64,000 nucleotides of DNA from a virus (Duplodnaviria > Caudoviricetes), in IMG/VR virus record IMGVR_UViG_3300014205_000170, positions 1-64,000 of that record; one strand, given 5' to 3'. The notes below the pieces were generated by a model. That model saw nothing but the letters and a program-made list of their open reading frames with translations, made no database searches and was not told the DNA's origin. Of the stretch, positions 51,735 to 62,378 are shown one piece after another (position 1 is the stretch's first letter; the number at the start of each line of letters is the position of its first letter). Made by a program: the position numbers and the translations under genes.

Positions 51735-53057
51735 ATGAAATCTACCTCAAAATACTCAAAGAGCCTAACAAAAGAAATTAACGCATTTCTTAAGGCTTAT
51801 AAGGAATACTATAAACCTGGAATGCATCCTGTGGAAGGAATTCAGTTGACAGATGTTATTAATAACATTAAGGGTACTAAATATAAAATTACAAAGTTAT
51901 CTGATGAGCAGTTGAATATTGATAATTTTGATAAGGATGAACGTTTGTTTGAAAACACGTTTACGGTTATGAATGAATTGAAGTTATATCCGTCTATTGA
52001 GTTTATAAAAACCTTTCATGAAAAATTGCCAATACCTCAGATTTTTTGGTATGAGCAATCCAAAGAGACAACAGACTATGTATTAGAGAACTTTAGGATT
52101 CTTGGTGGATTTAAACACAATGTAGCCGGATTTTTCAGAATGGTCATTTTAACTGAAAAACAGTTAGATAAAATAATAAAGGAGTATAATGAGGTAAGGA
52201 GTAATAAAATTGAATTAAATGATTTTAATGATAAACAACAGTTTTCAGAACGGATATTAGAGAAATATTTTAAACCAGAGAATGTATTTTTTAATGGTCG
52301 CTCAAAGAATATACCTTTATCTTATACCAAAAAATATATAAAAGAATCATTAAATAGAGGTAATTTTTGGTCAAATAATGATGGTGGTGAGCTCTTATCT
52401 CAATGTATCAGCAAGGCGGAATATCAAAAATTATACAAAGAAAGACATGGGAAGATAGCGTATTGTTCAAAATACATTACAAAGAAATTCTTCTTGGAAT
52501 TATTAAATTTAAAAGACATAACTTCAAGGGTTTGGGATGATTTTAGTCATATCAATCTTAATTGGCATCAACAAAATCCAAATTTTGATTTGGAGGTTTT
52601 TGAAAAAATGCAAAAGAAATTCCCAAACAATTGGGGATTGGAACAATATCTTAATAGAGGAATTTTCCACAAAGATATCTGTAAAAAATACAGAAAGAAG
52701 ATAGCTCCGTTTTTAGAAAGAGGTTTCTATAACGAAAAGAATATACTTAAACAATTAAAAGAGATAGATAAATCCTTACATGACATTCTTATGTTAAGTT
52801 CAACAAAAAGGGAGTTAAAGAACTTTATTCAATATGAAAATAATAAAAACAATCCAGAATTTTTTGGTCGTATGTTTTCACCGGTCATTACCCATATGCC
52901 TATACATATTGATAGTTTGTGTCAATCAACTCTTTTAAAAGAGTTTACTGAAAAAAAGAATGAATTAAAGCAACAATATATTGTAAGAGCCGAAAAAGAA
53001 ATAAAGGATTTAGACAACCAGATAAAGAAAATTGAAACAACAATGACGCATGAATAG
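51735..53057 (+). CDS. Hypothetical helical protein, EK motif
   Basis: 440 aa; RMVILTEK. Confidence 0.8.
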   Translation: MKSTSKYSKSLTKEINAFLKAYKEYYKPGMHPVEGIQLTDVINNIKGTKYKITKLSDEQLNIDNFDKDERLFENTFTVMNELKLYPSIEFIKTFHEKLPIPQIFWYEQSKETTDYVLENFRILGGFKHNVAGFFRMVILTEKQLDKIIKEYNEVRSNKIELNDFNDKQQFSERILEKYFKPENVFFNGRSKNIPLSYTKKYIKESLNRGNFWSNNDGGELLSQCISKAEYQKLYKERHGKIAYCSKYITKKFFLELLNLKDITSRVWDDFSHINLNWHQQNPNFDLEVFEKMQKKFPNNWGLEQYLNRGIFHKDICKKYRKKIAPFLERGFYNEKNILKQLKEIDKSLHDILMLSSTKRELKNFIQYENNKNNPEFFGRMFSPVITHMPIHIDSLCQSTLLKEFTEKKNELKQQYIVRAEKEIKDLDNQIKKIETTMTHE

Positions 53058-53910
53058 ATTAAAGAAAAAAACTAAGCAATTACAAGAAAATAACTTATTT
53101 TTTATTGTTTTTGGAAAGCCACATTTGTACTTTAAAAAGTTGATGATAAGTACAATTTCAATTGGAATAATAACGTTGATTTTAAATTATATATACATAA
53201 ATACTGGTTTACATTCTTTTAGAATTCCATCAACCATGCATAGTTTGATTGGAATTGTTATTGGATTGTTACTTGTATTTAGAACAAATACTGCCTATGA
53301 CAGGTGGTGGGAAGGAAGAAAGCGAATATCAGAAATATCAGCATCAATATATTTTATTATGGTGAAAATTAATTCGTGTCTTCAAAAAGAATCCAATGAA
53401 TATAAAAAAGGACTTGATGTAATACGAATAAATTTAATAAGTTTCATGAATAACATGAAAAACTATCTAAAAGAAGAAATAGAAACTAAAGAGATTTTTG
53501 TATCTGAAACGTTTATTGACCAGCAAAATGTGCACATAGAGAAAGTTATGCAAGCAATTAAAAAATTAGAAATGGAAAAAACAATAGATGGAAGAGACGC
53601 AACAATTATTGAAATTTCCATCAAATCTTTAATTGAAGGTTCTGTTGCTTGTGAAAGAATTAAAAACACTCCAATACCAATAGCATATGCTTTACATATA
53701 AAAATTTCAATTTTAATTTATCTTATAACCCTACCATTTGGTTTATTTTATGATTTGGGTATTTGGTCCTCATTAATGGTAATGCTTGTATATTATTTAA
53801 TAGCCGGAATAGAGATAATAAGCAGCGAGATAGAAAATCCATTTGCAGGAGAACCAAATGATTTACCTGTGGTAGAACTTATTGATAATATTATAAAATC
53901 TATAAAATAA
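53050..53910 (+). CDS. Bestrophin (YneE-like) family ion channel
   Basis: LLLVFRTNTAYDRWWEGR, ERIKNTPIP, EIENPF..NDLP. Confidence 0.9.
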   Translation: MNRLKKKTKQLQENNLFFIVFGKPHLYFKKLMISTISIGIITLILNYIYINTGLHSFRIPSTMHSLIGIVIGLLLVFRTNTAYDRWWEGRKRISEISASIYFIMVKINSCLQKESNEYKKGLDVIRINLISFMNNMKNYLKEEIETKEIFVSETFIDQQNVHIEKVMQAIKKLEMEKTIDGRDATIIEISIKSLIEGSVACERIKNTPIPIAYALHIKISILIYLITLPFGLFYDLGIWSSLMVMLVYYLIAGIEIISSEIENPFAGEPNDLPVVELIDNIIKSIK

Positions 53911-53926
53911 AAACAACACACACAAA

Positions 53927-54460
53927 GTGGAACTTACAACAACGCAAATAATAGATTTAACCAAGCAAATTTCAACGCCTGAAAAACGTAGTTATAGAGC
54001 CGGTTGTCGTATGTGTGGACATATTTTTTATAACCCTATGGAATTCAGCATAGGTGAATGTCCAAAATGTATAGACAAAGCCGGAGGTTCGTTTATTGTT
54101 GTAAGGACAAATTATGGATTTTCCAATCTTAGTTTAAGAAATCGTACAAACAAAAGAGATTATTGGGTTCCGATAAACTTTACAAGAAGGCGTTATGTTT
54201 GTGTTGAAAAATATAGTGCCAAATTTACAAGTCTCTTATTAATTAAAATCTGCACAAAATATATTAAAGAAAAAATAGCGGGTAAAATTCTAGAAAACAG
54301 TTTACAGGAACAGTACTATAAAGGTATGAGTATTGAAATAGAAGATGTTTATATGGTAAAATACGATAACGAATATAAAGGACCATTTGAACTTTTGTTT
54401 AAACTTAGTGATGAAGAAATGGAAGAGACAAGATTTCATGTATCTAATATTAAAAATTAA
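53927..54460 (+). CDS. Family A paralog
   Basis: CRMC..ECPKCIDKAGG..WVP..RYVCVEKYS. Confidence 0.8.
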   Translation: MELTTTQIIDLTKQISTPEKRSYRAGCRMCGHIFYNPMEFSIGECPKCIDKAGGSFIVVRTNYGFSNLSLRNRTNKRDYWVPINFTRRRYVCVEKYSAKFTSLLLIKICTKYIKEKIAGKILENSLQEQYYKGMSIEIEDVYMVKYDNEYKGPFELLFKLSDEEMEETRFHVSNIKN

Positions 54461-54463
54461 ATC

Positions 54464-54742
54464 ATGGGCTTACACTTATTAAATAAAGACACACAAGTAC
54501 TTGTTGAAAAAGCGCCATTCTTAATAGAAATAAAAAGAGGTGATTATATATTTTTTGATGTGTGGTACAAACACAATCAAGGACAGCATTTTATGGTTCG
54601 ACAATGTACGAGGGAAGATATAGCTGAAGTAAAAAACAGCCAAAATATAAGTCCTAAAGATTTATATATTGTATGTACTGATGGTAAAGGTTATAAAGCT
54701 GGTGCAGCAATTTATAAAAAACATTGTATAAAATTAAAATAA
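54464..54742 (+). CDS. Family B small protein, N-terminal EK motif
   Basis: QVLVEK..VWY..FMVRQC..YIV..C. Confidence 0.7.
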   Translation: MGLHLLNKDTQVLVEKAPFLIEIKRGDYIFFDVWYKHNQGQHFMVRQCTREDIAEVKNSQNISPKDLYIVCTDGKGYKAGAAIYKKHCIKLK

Positions 54743-55059
54743 CGACAGCGCCAATTAGTTGTTCTTGGTTTTTAGAAGTATCGAAGGAAAAATTAAAAAA
54801 TGGAAGATTACACGTTATACATAGTTAGTGGTTACAAACTTGATTTGTATTGTAATAAATGCAAAGACAAAAAGTGGCCAGAAAGAAGGAATGGTGATGG
54901 TGTCACTAACCCTGTAAGTTTTCATGCAGACGGAAAAGACTGTTATTCCAGAGTGAGAAAATTTGCAAGGAAAGCAGGCTGGATTCTCAAAAAGGATGGA
55001 ACAGCTATATGTCCGAGGTGTACGAGTAAACGTGCGGCTGGGCAAATTGAAACATAACA

Positions 55060-55323
55060 ATGGATATAATTAAAAGAATAGTATTAATTGAAAAGTCTGA
55101 ATTCACAATTATGTCTAATGATGGAAGAAGATTTTGGGCAAGACAATGCAATAAGAAAGATTTAGAAAGAGCTCATGATGAATATGAAGAAGAATATAAA
55201 GAATACAAAGACAGACAAATATATAGACTTTCAAATAATCCGAGTGATTATTATGTTATTCTAGAAAGGAATGTATTTCTGGCTAACATAATCAGCGTAG
55301 ATATATGTGAACGAATAAAATGA
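55060..55323 (+). CDS. Family B small protein
   Basis: RIVLIEK..FWARQC..YYVI. Confidence 0.7.
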   Translation: MDIIKRIVLIEKSEFTIMSNDGRRFWARQCNKKDLERAHDEYEEEYKEYKDRQIYRLSNNPSDYYVILERNVFLANIISVDICERIK

Positions 55324-55688
55324 ATAGTAACGTAAAAATAGTATTAGTAGAGAAGAAACAAAGACCTATTTTGTTTGGTGGTCATAATTTGGATGAAAAA
55401 GAAGAATACAATTTAGAAGATGCTATTGTTATAATATCTAAACTTATAAACATTAATCGTGAAAAAGGTGGTAATATTGTGTATGTTTCAAATTACGCTT
55501 TAACCAAAGAGGTAATAAGTGTATTGATAAAAAACGGAGTTACGATGACAGAAAATTCTATTGGAGATGGTAAATACATTCACATAAGTAAGTTTAATAC
55601 AGATTGCAGAACTAAAGGATGTGTGTATAATGTTTATGGAAATTGCAAATGCAATGGTATTGGAACTGAGTGTAAAAGTTATAGTTAA
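55320..55688 (+). CDS. Family C protein (paralog of 59270)
   Basis: KIVLVEKK..PI..GG..EY; Cys-rich C-terminus. Confidence 0.75.
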   Translation: MNSNVKIVLVEKKQRPILFGGHNLDEKEEYNLEDAIVIISKLININREKGGNIVYVSNYALTKEVISVLIKNGVTMTENSIGDGKYIHISKFNTDCRTKGCVYNVYGNCKCNGIGTECKSYS

Positions 55689-55996
55689 TGGCTGTGGTTA
55701 TTCAATGTTCATATTGTGAAAATAGTTTTGTGTGGCTTTCAGAAACAAAGTGGATTGATGGCAAATTGGTACATAAACCTTTTTTAAGAGAATGCTTTGA
55801 TACTACGAATGCTTGCGCTGATTGTTCTGAATGTATTGAAAATGAAAAAACCGTTTTAATAGAGAAAAACCCTACTGAAAATGGTGTAATAAAAAGAAGA
55901 TATAATATTAAAATGAAATTAGCTGAATGTGGTTTTTATAAAGTTGTTGCAATGATTGAAAGAAAAAAAGAAATACGAAAATATATTAATGTATAA
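55688..55996 (+). CDS. Zn-binding protein, EK motif
   Basis: CSYC..CSEC; KTVLIEK. Confidence 0.7.
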   Translation: MAVVIQCSYCENSFVWLSETKWIDGKLVHKPFLRECFDTTNACADCSECIENEKTVLIEKNPTENGVIKRRYNIKMKLAECGFYKVVAMIERKKEIRKYINV

Positions 55997-56603
55997 CACC
56001 AGTAACATATCTACTAATTTCAAGGCTCAATTTGAGCCTTTAAAACGTTTTGTTGTGGAGGGTGGTAAAAACCTACAAAAATTTATAAATGTAAAGCGTG
56101 GCAAGATAGAACAAGAGCCTATATACTTTTCATCACATTGTCGTTTTTGTAAAACGTTGTTTAATGCTAATTCAATATATCGTTTAGGATTATCCCAGTG
56201 TGATACTTGTTATGATAATGCCGGAGGAGGATTTTATTTTATAAGAACAGAATACATTTTTAAGACCGTAGCAGGATACCGTACTGAGCAGAAGCTTTTT
56301 TGGATTCCGTACAATATATATAGAACGCGTTTTGTTCAAACGGAGAAGTACAGTCCAAAAATTTCAAAGAATTTCATTATTAAAACGACAATACAATATG
56401 TAAAATCAAAAGCAGAGGAAATAAACAGAGAAGATATTTTAAAAACACCAATGGAAATTGCCATTCAAGAGGTTTGTATGTTAGAAAAAGATGGTATATG
56501 TAAAACAATTATGATTTTTGATAAAATTGACTTTATAAAACATTCTGATTTGATGGTTGATATTTCTTCTCCCAAACGATATAGTAATCCTTTAAACGCA
56601 TGA
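55989..56603 (+). CDS. Family A paralog
   Basis: CRFC..QCDTC..AGGGFY..WIPYN..RFVQTEKYS. Confidence 0.8.
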   Translation: MYNTSNISTNFKAQFEPLKRFVVEGGKNLQKFINVKRGKIEQEPIYFSSHCRFCKTLFNANSIYRLGLSQCDTCYDNAGGGFYFIRTEYIFKTVAGYRTEQKLFWIPYNIYRTRFVQTEKYSPKISKNFIIKTTIQYVKSKAEEINREDILKTPMEIAIQEVCMLEKDGICKTIMIFDKIDFIKHSDLMVDISSPKRYSNPLNA

Positions 56604-57124
56604 GTTATTTATTGTTGCATTCAGACCCACATCTTGATTCTTTACCTAAAGAGATTGATTCGAACGTAGGTAAAACTTGGTGTCGCATATGTAATACTTT
56701 TTATAATAAACAAGGTTTTTTAAACAATAAAACAAGGGAAGGGTTTTATAATAAAGGAAGAATAGCAGAGTGTCCAAAATGCATCGAGAAAGCTGGTGGT
56801 GGATTTTATCTTGTAAGGATAATGAATCTTACTTCTGAAGGCTCTGTTAGTATAATGTATACTCCTTTTAATGTTTTGTGGAATAGAAATGTTTTGACAG
56901 AGAAGTTTAGTGCAAATGAACGTAAAAACACCGTATATAAGACAATATCTAAATACGGATTTAAGAAGTTATACAGTATATATCCGGACTTATATGATAG
57001 TATTCTTGAATTTCATCATATGGATGTATGTGTTGAATCACCTATAACAGGCTTTGTTTATTCTTTAAATGAGTGGCATTTTAGAAAATTAAAGACAGCT
57101 GAGGAATGGGCTATAAAGTTTTGA
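56600..57124 (+). CDS. Family A paralog
   Basis: CRIC..ECPKCIEKAGGGFY..RNVLTEKFS. Confidence 0.8.
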   Translation: MSYLLLHSDPHLDSLPKEIDSNVGKTWCRICNTFYNKQGFLNNKTREGFYNKGRIAECPKCIEKAGGGFYLVRIMNLTSEGSVSIMYTPFNVLWNRNVLTEKFSANERKNTVYKTISKYGFKKLYSIYPDLYDSILEFHHMDVCVESPITGFVYSLNEWHFRKLKTAEEWAIKF

Positions 57125-57125
57125 T

Positions 57126-57440
57126 ATGAGTAGTGATTTAATAGTTAAAAAAAGCATATATAAAGAAGATAAAAGGATGGTCCTTATTGAAAAGACTGAG
57201 ATTCATTATTATGGAATGAGTCCAACAGGTGCTTGTATAGAACAGTGTGCTGTATATGAACGTGATGTTTGGATTGGAAGTTCATGGTGTATTCATTGCA
57301 AACACTCTTTAGGTTATAACAGTATTGATTCCTTTATTATGTGTAAAAAACTTTCGAGGGCTTTAGGAAAAACTGACCAAGATAAGTCCAAAGAAACCTA
57401 TATGGTCCCACATTCAATAAACCCTGATGAATTATTTTGA
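57126..57440 (+). CDS. Cys-rich protein, EK motif
   Basis: RMVLIEK; IGS..C..C. Confidence 0.7.
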   Translation: MSSDLIVKKSIYKEDKRMVLIEKTEIHYYGMSPTGACIEQCAVYERDVWIGSSWCIHCKHSLGYNSIDSFIMCKKLSRALGKTDQDKSKETYMVPHSINPDELF

Positions 57441-57790
57441 TGAGTATTACTAAAGGACATAAATATAGTTTTAGAGACTTTAATGATATGTGGGATAAAG
57501 CTGGTAATTTTGCTTATACCATTACTTTTCAAAATCTAAGAAAAGCTCATGAATTGGAGGAGCAATTATTAAAGCTTGGATACCAACGGTCAGCCTATAG
57601 TGCAATGATAAACTGGGGTGATGGTCGAAGAATACGGTTTTACTTAAGAGTTGCTCCAAGACAAAAATTTTTTTATAGAATAAACAAAAAAGAAATCACC
57701 AAGACATCGTATTTTAAAGATAGATATACTGAAGATTTCTTTGATAGTATTTGTTTTAAATTTATAATGATTGAAAAGAGTATAAAATAA
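57437..57790 (+). CDS. Family D protein (paralog of 58912)
   Basis: LL..GY..NW..G.R; CFKFIMIEK. Confidence 0.75.
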   Translation: MMSITKGHKYSFRDFNDMWDKAGNFAYTITFQNLRKAHELEEQLLKLGYQRSAYSAMINWGDGRRIRFYLRVAPRQKFFYRINKKEITKTSYFKDRYTEDFFDSICFKFIMIEKSIK

Positions 57791-58098
57791 TGACGTTGGA
57801 AAGCCTAGAGAGAATTGTTTTGTTTGAGAAGACACCTTATAAAGTTAAAATCAAAAGTAATATTGATTTTGGAGGATGGTGGTGCGAAAAGTATCAAGGA
57901 GAATTTTTTTATATAAAAGAAGCCTCTTTAGCAGAATTAATTGCAGCAGGTTATAATATACAGGCTTTCAATTCACTGAACATAAAAAACAATATGAATA
58001 TATATGATTATTTTTTAACTAATGAACCTAAGCAGCACCCAAAATTTGGTTTGGCTTTGCCTAAGAAATTTTGTACAACAATATCGGGAAGTAAATAA
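57790..58098 (+). CDS. Family B small protein
   Basis: RIVLFEK; IDFGGWWCE..QG..PKKFC. Confidence 0.75.
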   Translation: MTLESLERIVLFEKTPYKVKIKSNIDFGGWWCEKYQGEFFYIKEASLAELIAAGYNIQAFNSLNIKNNMNIYDYFLTNEPKQHPKFGLALPKKFCTTISGSK

Positions 58099-58407
58099 AT
58101 GTCAGAAGTTAAAGATGATATAAAAGAACAAATGTTTCCAACAACCAGAAGTGTTATATTTGAAAAACGAGTGGACACCATAAAAGTTAAAAGTCATATT
58201 GACTTCCAAGGTTGGTGGTGCGAGGAACATCAAGGACAAACATTTCAAGTAAGACACACAACCATTAAAGAACTAGAAGAATTTGGATTTGATACTAGAG
58301 AAATGTTAGATGAAGATGAAATATATGATGTATATCTAATTGTTGGACCAGAAGAGAAACATTGGGTTATACCTAAAAAATTTTGCATACCAGTATCAAG
58401 ATATTAA
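58099..58407 (+). CDS. Family B small protein (tandem paralog of 57790)
   Basis: RSVIFEK; IDFQGWWCE..QG..PKKFC. Confidence 0.75.
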   Translation: MSEVKDDIKEQMFPTTRSVIFEKRVDTIKVKSHIDFQGWWCEEHQGQTFQVRHTTIKELEEFGFDTREMLDEDEIYDVYLIVGPEEKHWVIPKKFCIPVSRY

Positions 58408-58421
58408 TAAAACCGAAAAGA

Positions 58422-58904
58422 ATGAATTCAATGTTAGATAAAATAAAAGATTTAAAAGACTTAGAACCTTTTCAGAGAAATTTTACTCATCAACCTGAAG
58501 TTAGAGAAGGGTATGAGAAATTCAAAAAAGGTGAATTTAATTCTATTGAAGAATGTAAGGATTGGATATTAAAACAAAAACTAACTTGTTTTAGAGATGA
58601 CCCATTTATAGAACATTTAAACATATTGAATTATTTCGATACCGGAAAGTTTCACTTCAAGCAATTTGAACATTTAAATGAACAATTCAATCACTTACAA
58701 GGACAATTATTAACTTTTAAGTTTTACAGAAATGCACCCAAGAGGCAAATAGTGTTACTTACCAGTGCTTTTGGATGTGTAAATGCCTTATGTCATGACC
58801 TTACAGAAAATAAGCTTGTTTGGATAAGTTGGGATGTATTTGATAATGTGAAAAAACCAAAGGTGAATAGAATTAAAAAGAATATCATACAACAATTATT
58901 TTAA
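58422..58904 (+). CDS. Hypothetical protein
   Basis: ORF in the operon; ATG 58422 preferred. Confidence 0.7.
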   Translation: MNSMLDKIKDLKDLEPFQRNFTHQPEVREGYEKFKKGEFNSIEECKDWILKQKLTCFRDDPFIEHLNILNYFDTGKFHFKQFEHLNEQFNHLQGQLLTFKFYRNAPKRQIVLLTSAFGCVNALCHDLTENKLVWISWDVFDNVKKPKVNRIKKNIIQQLF

Positions 58905-58911
58905 AATAAAA

Positions 58912-59286
58912 ATGAACAGGGTTGCACAACATAGAAATATAAACTTTCAACAGTTTACTAAAAAATGGAATTTAGCAGAAACTAAGCCTTTCACTGTTCA
59001 TTTTACTTGCAGAAACAGAGCTTTTAGTTTTGAGCACAAGCTATTAAATGAAGGATATGCGGAAATTGAAAGGGTGCAACATTTTAATTGGTATCATGGT
59101 TCAAGAAAAAATTATTATATAATTGTGTATTCTCAAAGTCGTGGTTATCTTAGAGCTGCTAAGTTTACATCAAAACATTCTAATATATACAACACATTAT
59201 TATCAGAAGAATTTTGTAGTAAATTTTGTTTTAGAGAAGTGATGATTGAAAAACGTAATAAAACACAGAATGAAAACAGATATTAG
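58912..59286 (+). CDS. Family D protein
   Basis: CFREVMIEK. Confidence 0.75.
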   Translation: MNRVAQHRNINFQQFTKKWNLAETKPFTVHFTCRNRAFSFEHKLLNEGYAEIERVQHFNWYHGSRKNYYIIVYSQSRGYLRAAKFTSKHSNIYNTLLSEEFCSKFCFREVMIEKRNKTQNENRY

Positions 59287-59713
59287 AATAGTGCTTTTTG
59301 AAAAGAAGGAAAAACCTATTACAGTTGGTGGTGCTCTTCCGGAAGAAAGAGTTGAATATAGTGTTGAAAGCGCTCTTCATATTTTGGCAACATGTATGAT
59401 AAGCAACAGAAGTCAAGGTCGTAATGAATATTTTATACCAAAAGAATTTTTAAATCAAACTTCTCTGAAACTTCTCCATCTTAATGGATATGATATTGTA
59501 GGAAGGCATCCAAACGGTATTAGTGTAGAAATAAGCAGATTTCAAAAACCTTGTAAAAAAGTTGATTGTATACATAATATAGTTGGTGTTTGTCAAGCAA
59601 AAGGAGTAAAACAAATATGTAATGCTTATAACCCTATGGAATTTTATGAAGTTACAATTAATGGACAAAAAGAAACAAGAGTGAAATTTAAATACAACCA
59701 TGAAAATACTTAA
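59270..59713 (+). CDS. Family C protein
   Basis: RIVLFEKK..PI..GG. Confidence 0.75.
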   Translation: MKTDIRIVLFEKKEKPITVGGALPEERVEYSVESALHILATCMISNRSQGRNEYFIPKEFLNQTSLKLLHLNGYDIVGRHPNGISVEISRFQKPCKKVDCIHNIVGVCQAKGVKQICNAYNPMEFYEVTINGQKETRVKFKYNHENT

Positions 59714-60053
59714 AAAAAATAAAATAATTGAGAAAGGTTCTAAAAAGATAGATACAGATAAAATTTTAGAAAAGATTGCCAAACAAATACAATTTCAGAA
59801 GCAACGAATGAAGGCTGAAGAAAATAGTTACGGACTCAGTAAAAACCAGCGAAAGAAACTGTATGAAAGTATAATAAGTAGTATTGGTAAAGTTACTAAG
59901 CTCCGAGAACAACTTGGTATTAAATCAGAAGAAAGTTCAATTTGTACTTATTATAAACACAAGCTTAAAAACGTGAATGAAGCCATAAAAAGGTCACAAA
60001 TTGTCGGAAAGAGAATTATATTACTTGAAAAAGTTTATAAGAATAAAATATAA
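59700..60053 (+). CDS. Basic helical protein, EK motif
   Basis: RIILLEK. Confidence 0.7.
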   Translation: MKILKKNKIIEKGSKKIDTDKILEKIAKQIQFQKQRMKAEENSYGLSKNQRKKLYESIISSIGKVTKLREQLGIKSEESSICTYYKHKLKNVNEAIKRSQIVGKRIILLEKVYKNKI

Positions 60054-60343
60054 AAACTATAAAAGTCTAATTAAAAAATAAGACATGGAACATTGGGAAT
60101 TGGAAGCTCAAAGGGCAAAAGAAAAAAAGGAACTACTAAGTAAGTTTCCTCATTTGGGCAAAAAAGCACGAAGAAAAGGAAGGGGAAATAAATGGGAGTA
60201 CGGTACAATCATACTTGATAAATTTAATGATGACACCGAAAATTATGAATTTATTAAATACGATGATGGCACTTCGGAACAATTAATGTGTCTTCCTTAT
60301 GAGATATGGGATGAACAAAAAGAAACCTGGGTTAATGGTTGGG

Positions 60344-60757
60344 ATGAAACAAATTAAGAATATAGCTATATCTGTTCGCGACTGGGCCGAAACATATGCT
60401 CAAGAAAACAATAAATTTCCTTCAGACCTTGAGGGTATGTGTGCTATATGCTCTGTGAAAATATTCAATCAACTTAAAGAATTTGGTTATTCACCGGTTC
60501 TTTGCATGAGTTATTATACTGAGAGTCAAAGAGATGGTGCTCATGTATTTATTATTGTGAATGGTTTATTGGTAGATGTTACGGCTACCCAGTTTTCGTT
60601 AAAACACCAGAAAGTCATTGTGCGTGAGAAACTTAAGAAAGAAGATGAGTGGTATTGGAGTAAATTTCATAAATTTAGAACTAGTAACGGATTGATTAAA
60701 AAACAACATAAAGATGGGTGGTCGATGCATCAAATTAAAACAACAGAGTTAGAGTAA
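60344..60757 (+). CDS. Putative papain/transglutaminase-like fold protein
   Basis: GMC..S, HVF, VDVTATQF could form a Cys-His-Asp triad. Confidence 0.5.
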   Translation: MKQIKNIAISVRDWAETYAQENNKFPSDLEGMCAICSVKIFNQLKEFGYSPVLCMSYYTESQRDGAHVFIIVNGLLVDVTATQFSLKHQKVIVREKLKKEDEWYWSKFHKFRTSNGLIKKQHKDGWSMHQIKTTELE

Positions 60758-61047
60758 TGGAAGTAATAACAAAAGCTGTATTGATTGAAAAGAGTCCTTT
60801 TTTTGTTTCTATTATTTTACGTAATAGTAATAAGGAAAAATTATTAGTAAGACCATGTGTAAGTGAAGATGATTTGCAAATAGCACGACAAGAATACAGG
60901 AACATGCAAGGTGTAGAATATAAAAATATTCTTTCATTCAATCCATCTCCATATTATCTTGTACTTAAGGGAGGTGCGTTTGTTGGTAATATTGTAAGTA
61001 AAAGCATATGTCAAAAAATAAAATATAACAATGCACATTCAGTATAA
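60757..61047 (+). CDS. Family B small protein
   Basis: KAVLIEK..VRPC..YYLV..C. Confidence 0.7.
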   Translation: MEVITKAVLIEKSPFFVSIILRNSNKEKLLVRPCVSEDDLQIARQEYRNMQGVEYKNILSFNPSPYYLVLKGGAFVGNIVSKSICQKIKYNNAHSV

Positions 61048-61438
61048 ACAAGAAATTTTTGTTGTAACTATTCCATCTGGAGATGAATATTTTACAAAAC
61101 TTTATATGGATGGTTTTAGTTTTGCTAGAGTAAACGGAGTGTGGAAACATTACACTGGCGGAAATTTGTCTGAGACAAACCCAATTGACAATGAAGAGTT
61201 TTGTAATGTACTTGAAGAAAGATTTCAAAATATACAAAAAAGATATATCATAATTGAGAAGGCTATTAATATTGCGACAGAATTATTTCCAACAGATATT
61301 GAAATTGAAGCGGAAGCAGAATCTCGGTATCCGGTAAATACACATATGACTCCGAATAATAGTCCTTATGTTGGAAGCAAGATAACTTTTACTCATGGGA
61401 TTAATTGGTTGAAACTCTACATGACAAACAAACAATAA
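61031..61438 (+). CDS. Hypothetical protein, EK motif
   Basis: RYIIIEK. Confidence 0.7.
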   Translation: MHIQYKQEIFVVTIPSGDEYFTKLYMDGFSFARVNGVWKHYTGGNLSETNPIDNEEFCNVLEERFQNIQKRYIIIEKAINIATELFPTDIEIEAEAESRYPVNTHMTPNNSPYVGSKITFTHGINWLKLYMTNKQ

Positions 61439-61439
61439 T

Positions 61440-61874
61440 ATGGATTTTGAATATATAAATGTAAATCAAATTTGTTCTTTGAAGGTAAGTACTTTTTCAA
61501 AAAGTAATTATTATGAATATAAAAAAACAAAAAAAACATTCTTTGGAAAAATGACAAAAGAAGGATTTTATGATTATGATGATTATTGCTCTGTTCAGCA
61601 AATTGAAGCTCGTGGAGAATACATTTGTAAAGGCGAAGAAGTATTTCTTAAACCATACATTGTTATTAGAATGAGCAATAACGACAATCATAAAAAAATT
61701 TTTCATACAAACGAGGAAATGTTTAAGTTTATATGGAATAGTCAACTTTCAACCCTTAAGTGGATTAATAAGAAGGATATACTAGAAAGCAGACAAGTAT
61801 TGTTGGAACTATATAAGGGTTATCCAGATGAATACCGGATACTTTCAAAAAGAACTTTAGAAACAAATTATTAA
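61440..61874 (+). CDS. Hypothetical protein
   Basis: RQVLLEL motif variant. Confidence 0.7.
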   Translation: MDFEYINVNQICSLKVSTFSKSNYYEYKKTKKTFFGKMTKEGFYDYDDYCSVQQIEARGEYICKGEEVFLKPYIVIRMSNNDNHKKIFHTNEEMFKFIWNSQLSTLKWINKKDILESRQVLLELYKGYPDEYRILSKRTLETNY

Positions 61875-62084
61875 AATTATGACATACTTAGGTGTTAAAT
61901 ATGAAATAATGTGTTATCTATTGTTACTTGTAACAGTAGATGATGTCAAAAAATGCATAACTCCTAAGTGCAATAATATGACTGGTATTATTGCTGTAAA
62001 TTTTTGTAAAAAATGTTATATTGATAAAAAGAAAAAACGTAATAAGTTAAGTAGATTTATAATTCTAGAAAAAACAACAGAAAA

Positions 62085-62378
62085 TTGTTAGAAGAAATTT
62101 CATATAGAGTAGTGTTGACAGAAAAGGTTGATAGAAACTTTTGGGTAGAACTTCTTGAAGAAGAAGTTGGACAAACTATTAATGGAAGAAGATTATATAC
62201 TTGGTATTCTAAATGTGAAATTGAGAGACACAATTCTAATAAATTTCAGTCAAAATACAAAGTAAAATTCGCATCAAATCACCAATATTTTTTAGTAGTA
62301 AATTTTGAAGATGTTAACTTATCTCCTAATCACGTTTATGGAATAGCATTTAACCATTGTAAAAGACTAGGATATTAA
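62085..62378 (+). CDS. Family B-like small protein
   Basis: RVVLTEK..WY..YKVK..C. Confidence 0.65.
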   Translation: MLEEISYRVVLTEKVDRNFWVELLEEEVGQTINGRRLYTWYSKCEIERHNSNKFQSKYKVKFASNHQYFLVVNFEDVNLSPNHVYGIAFNHCKRLGY

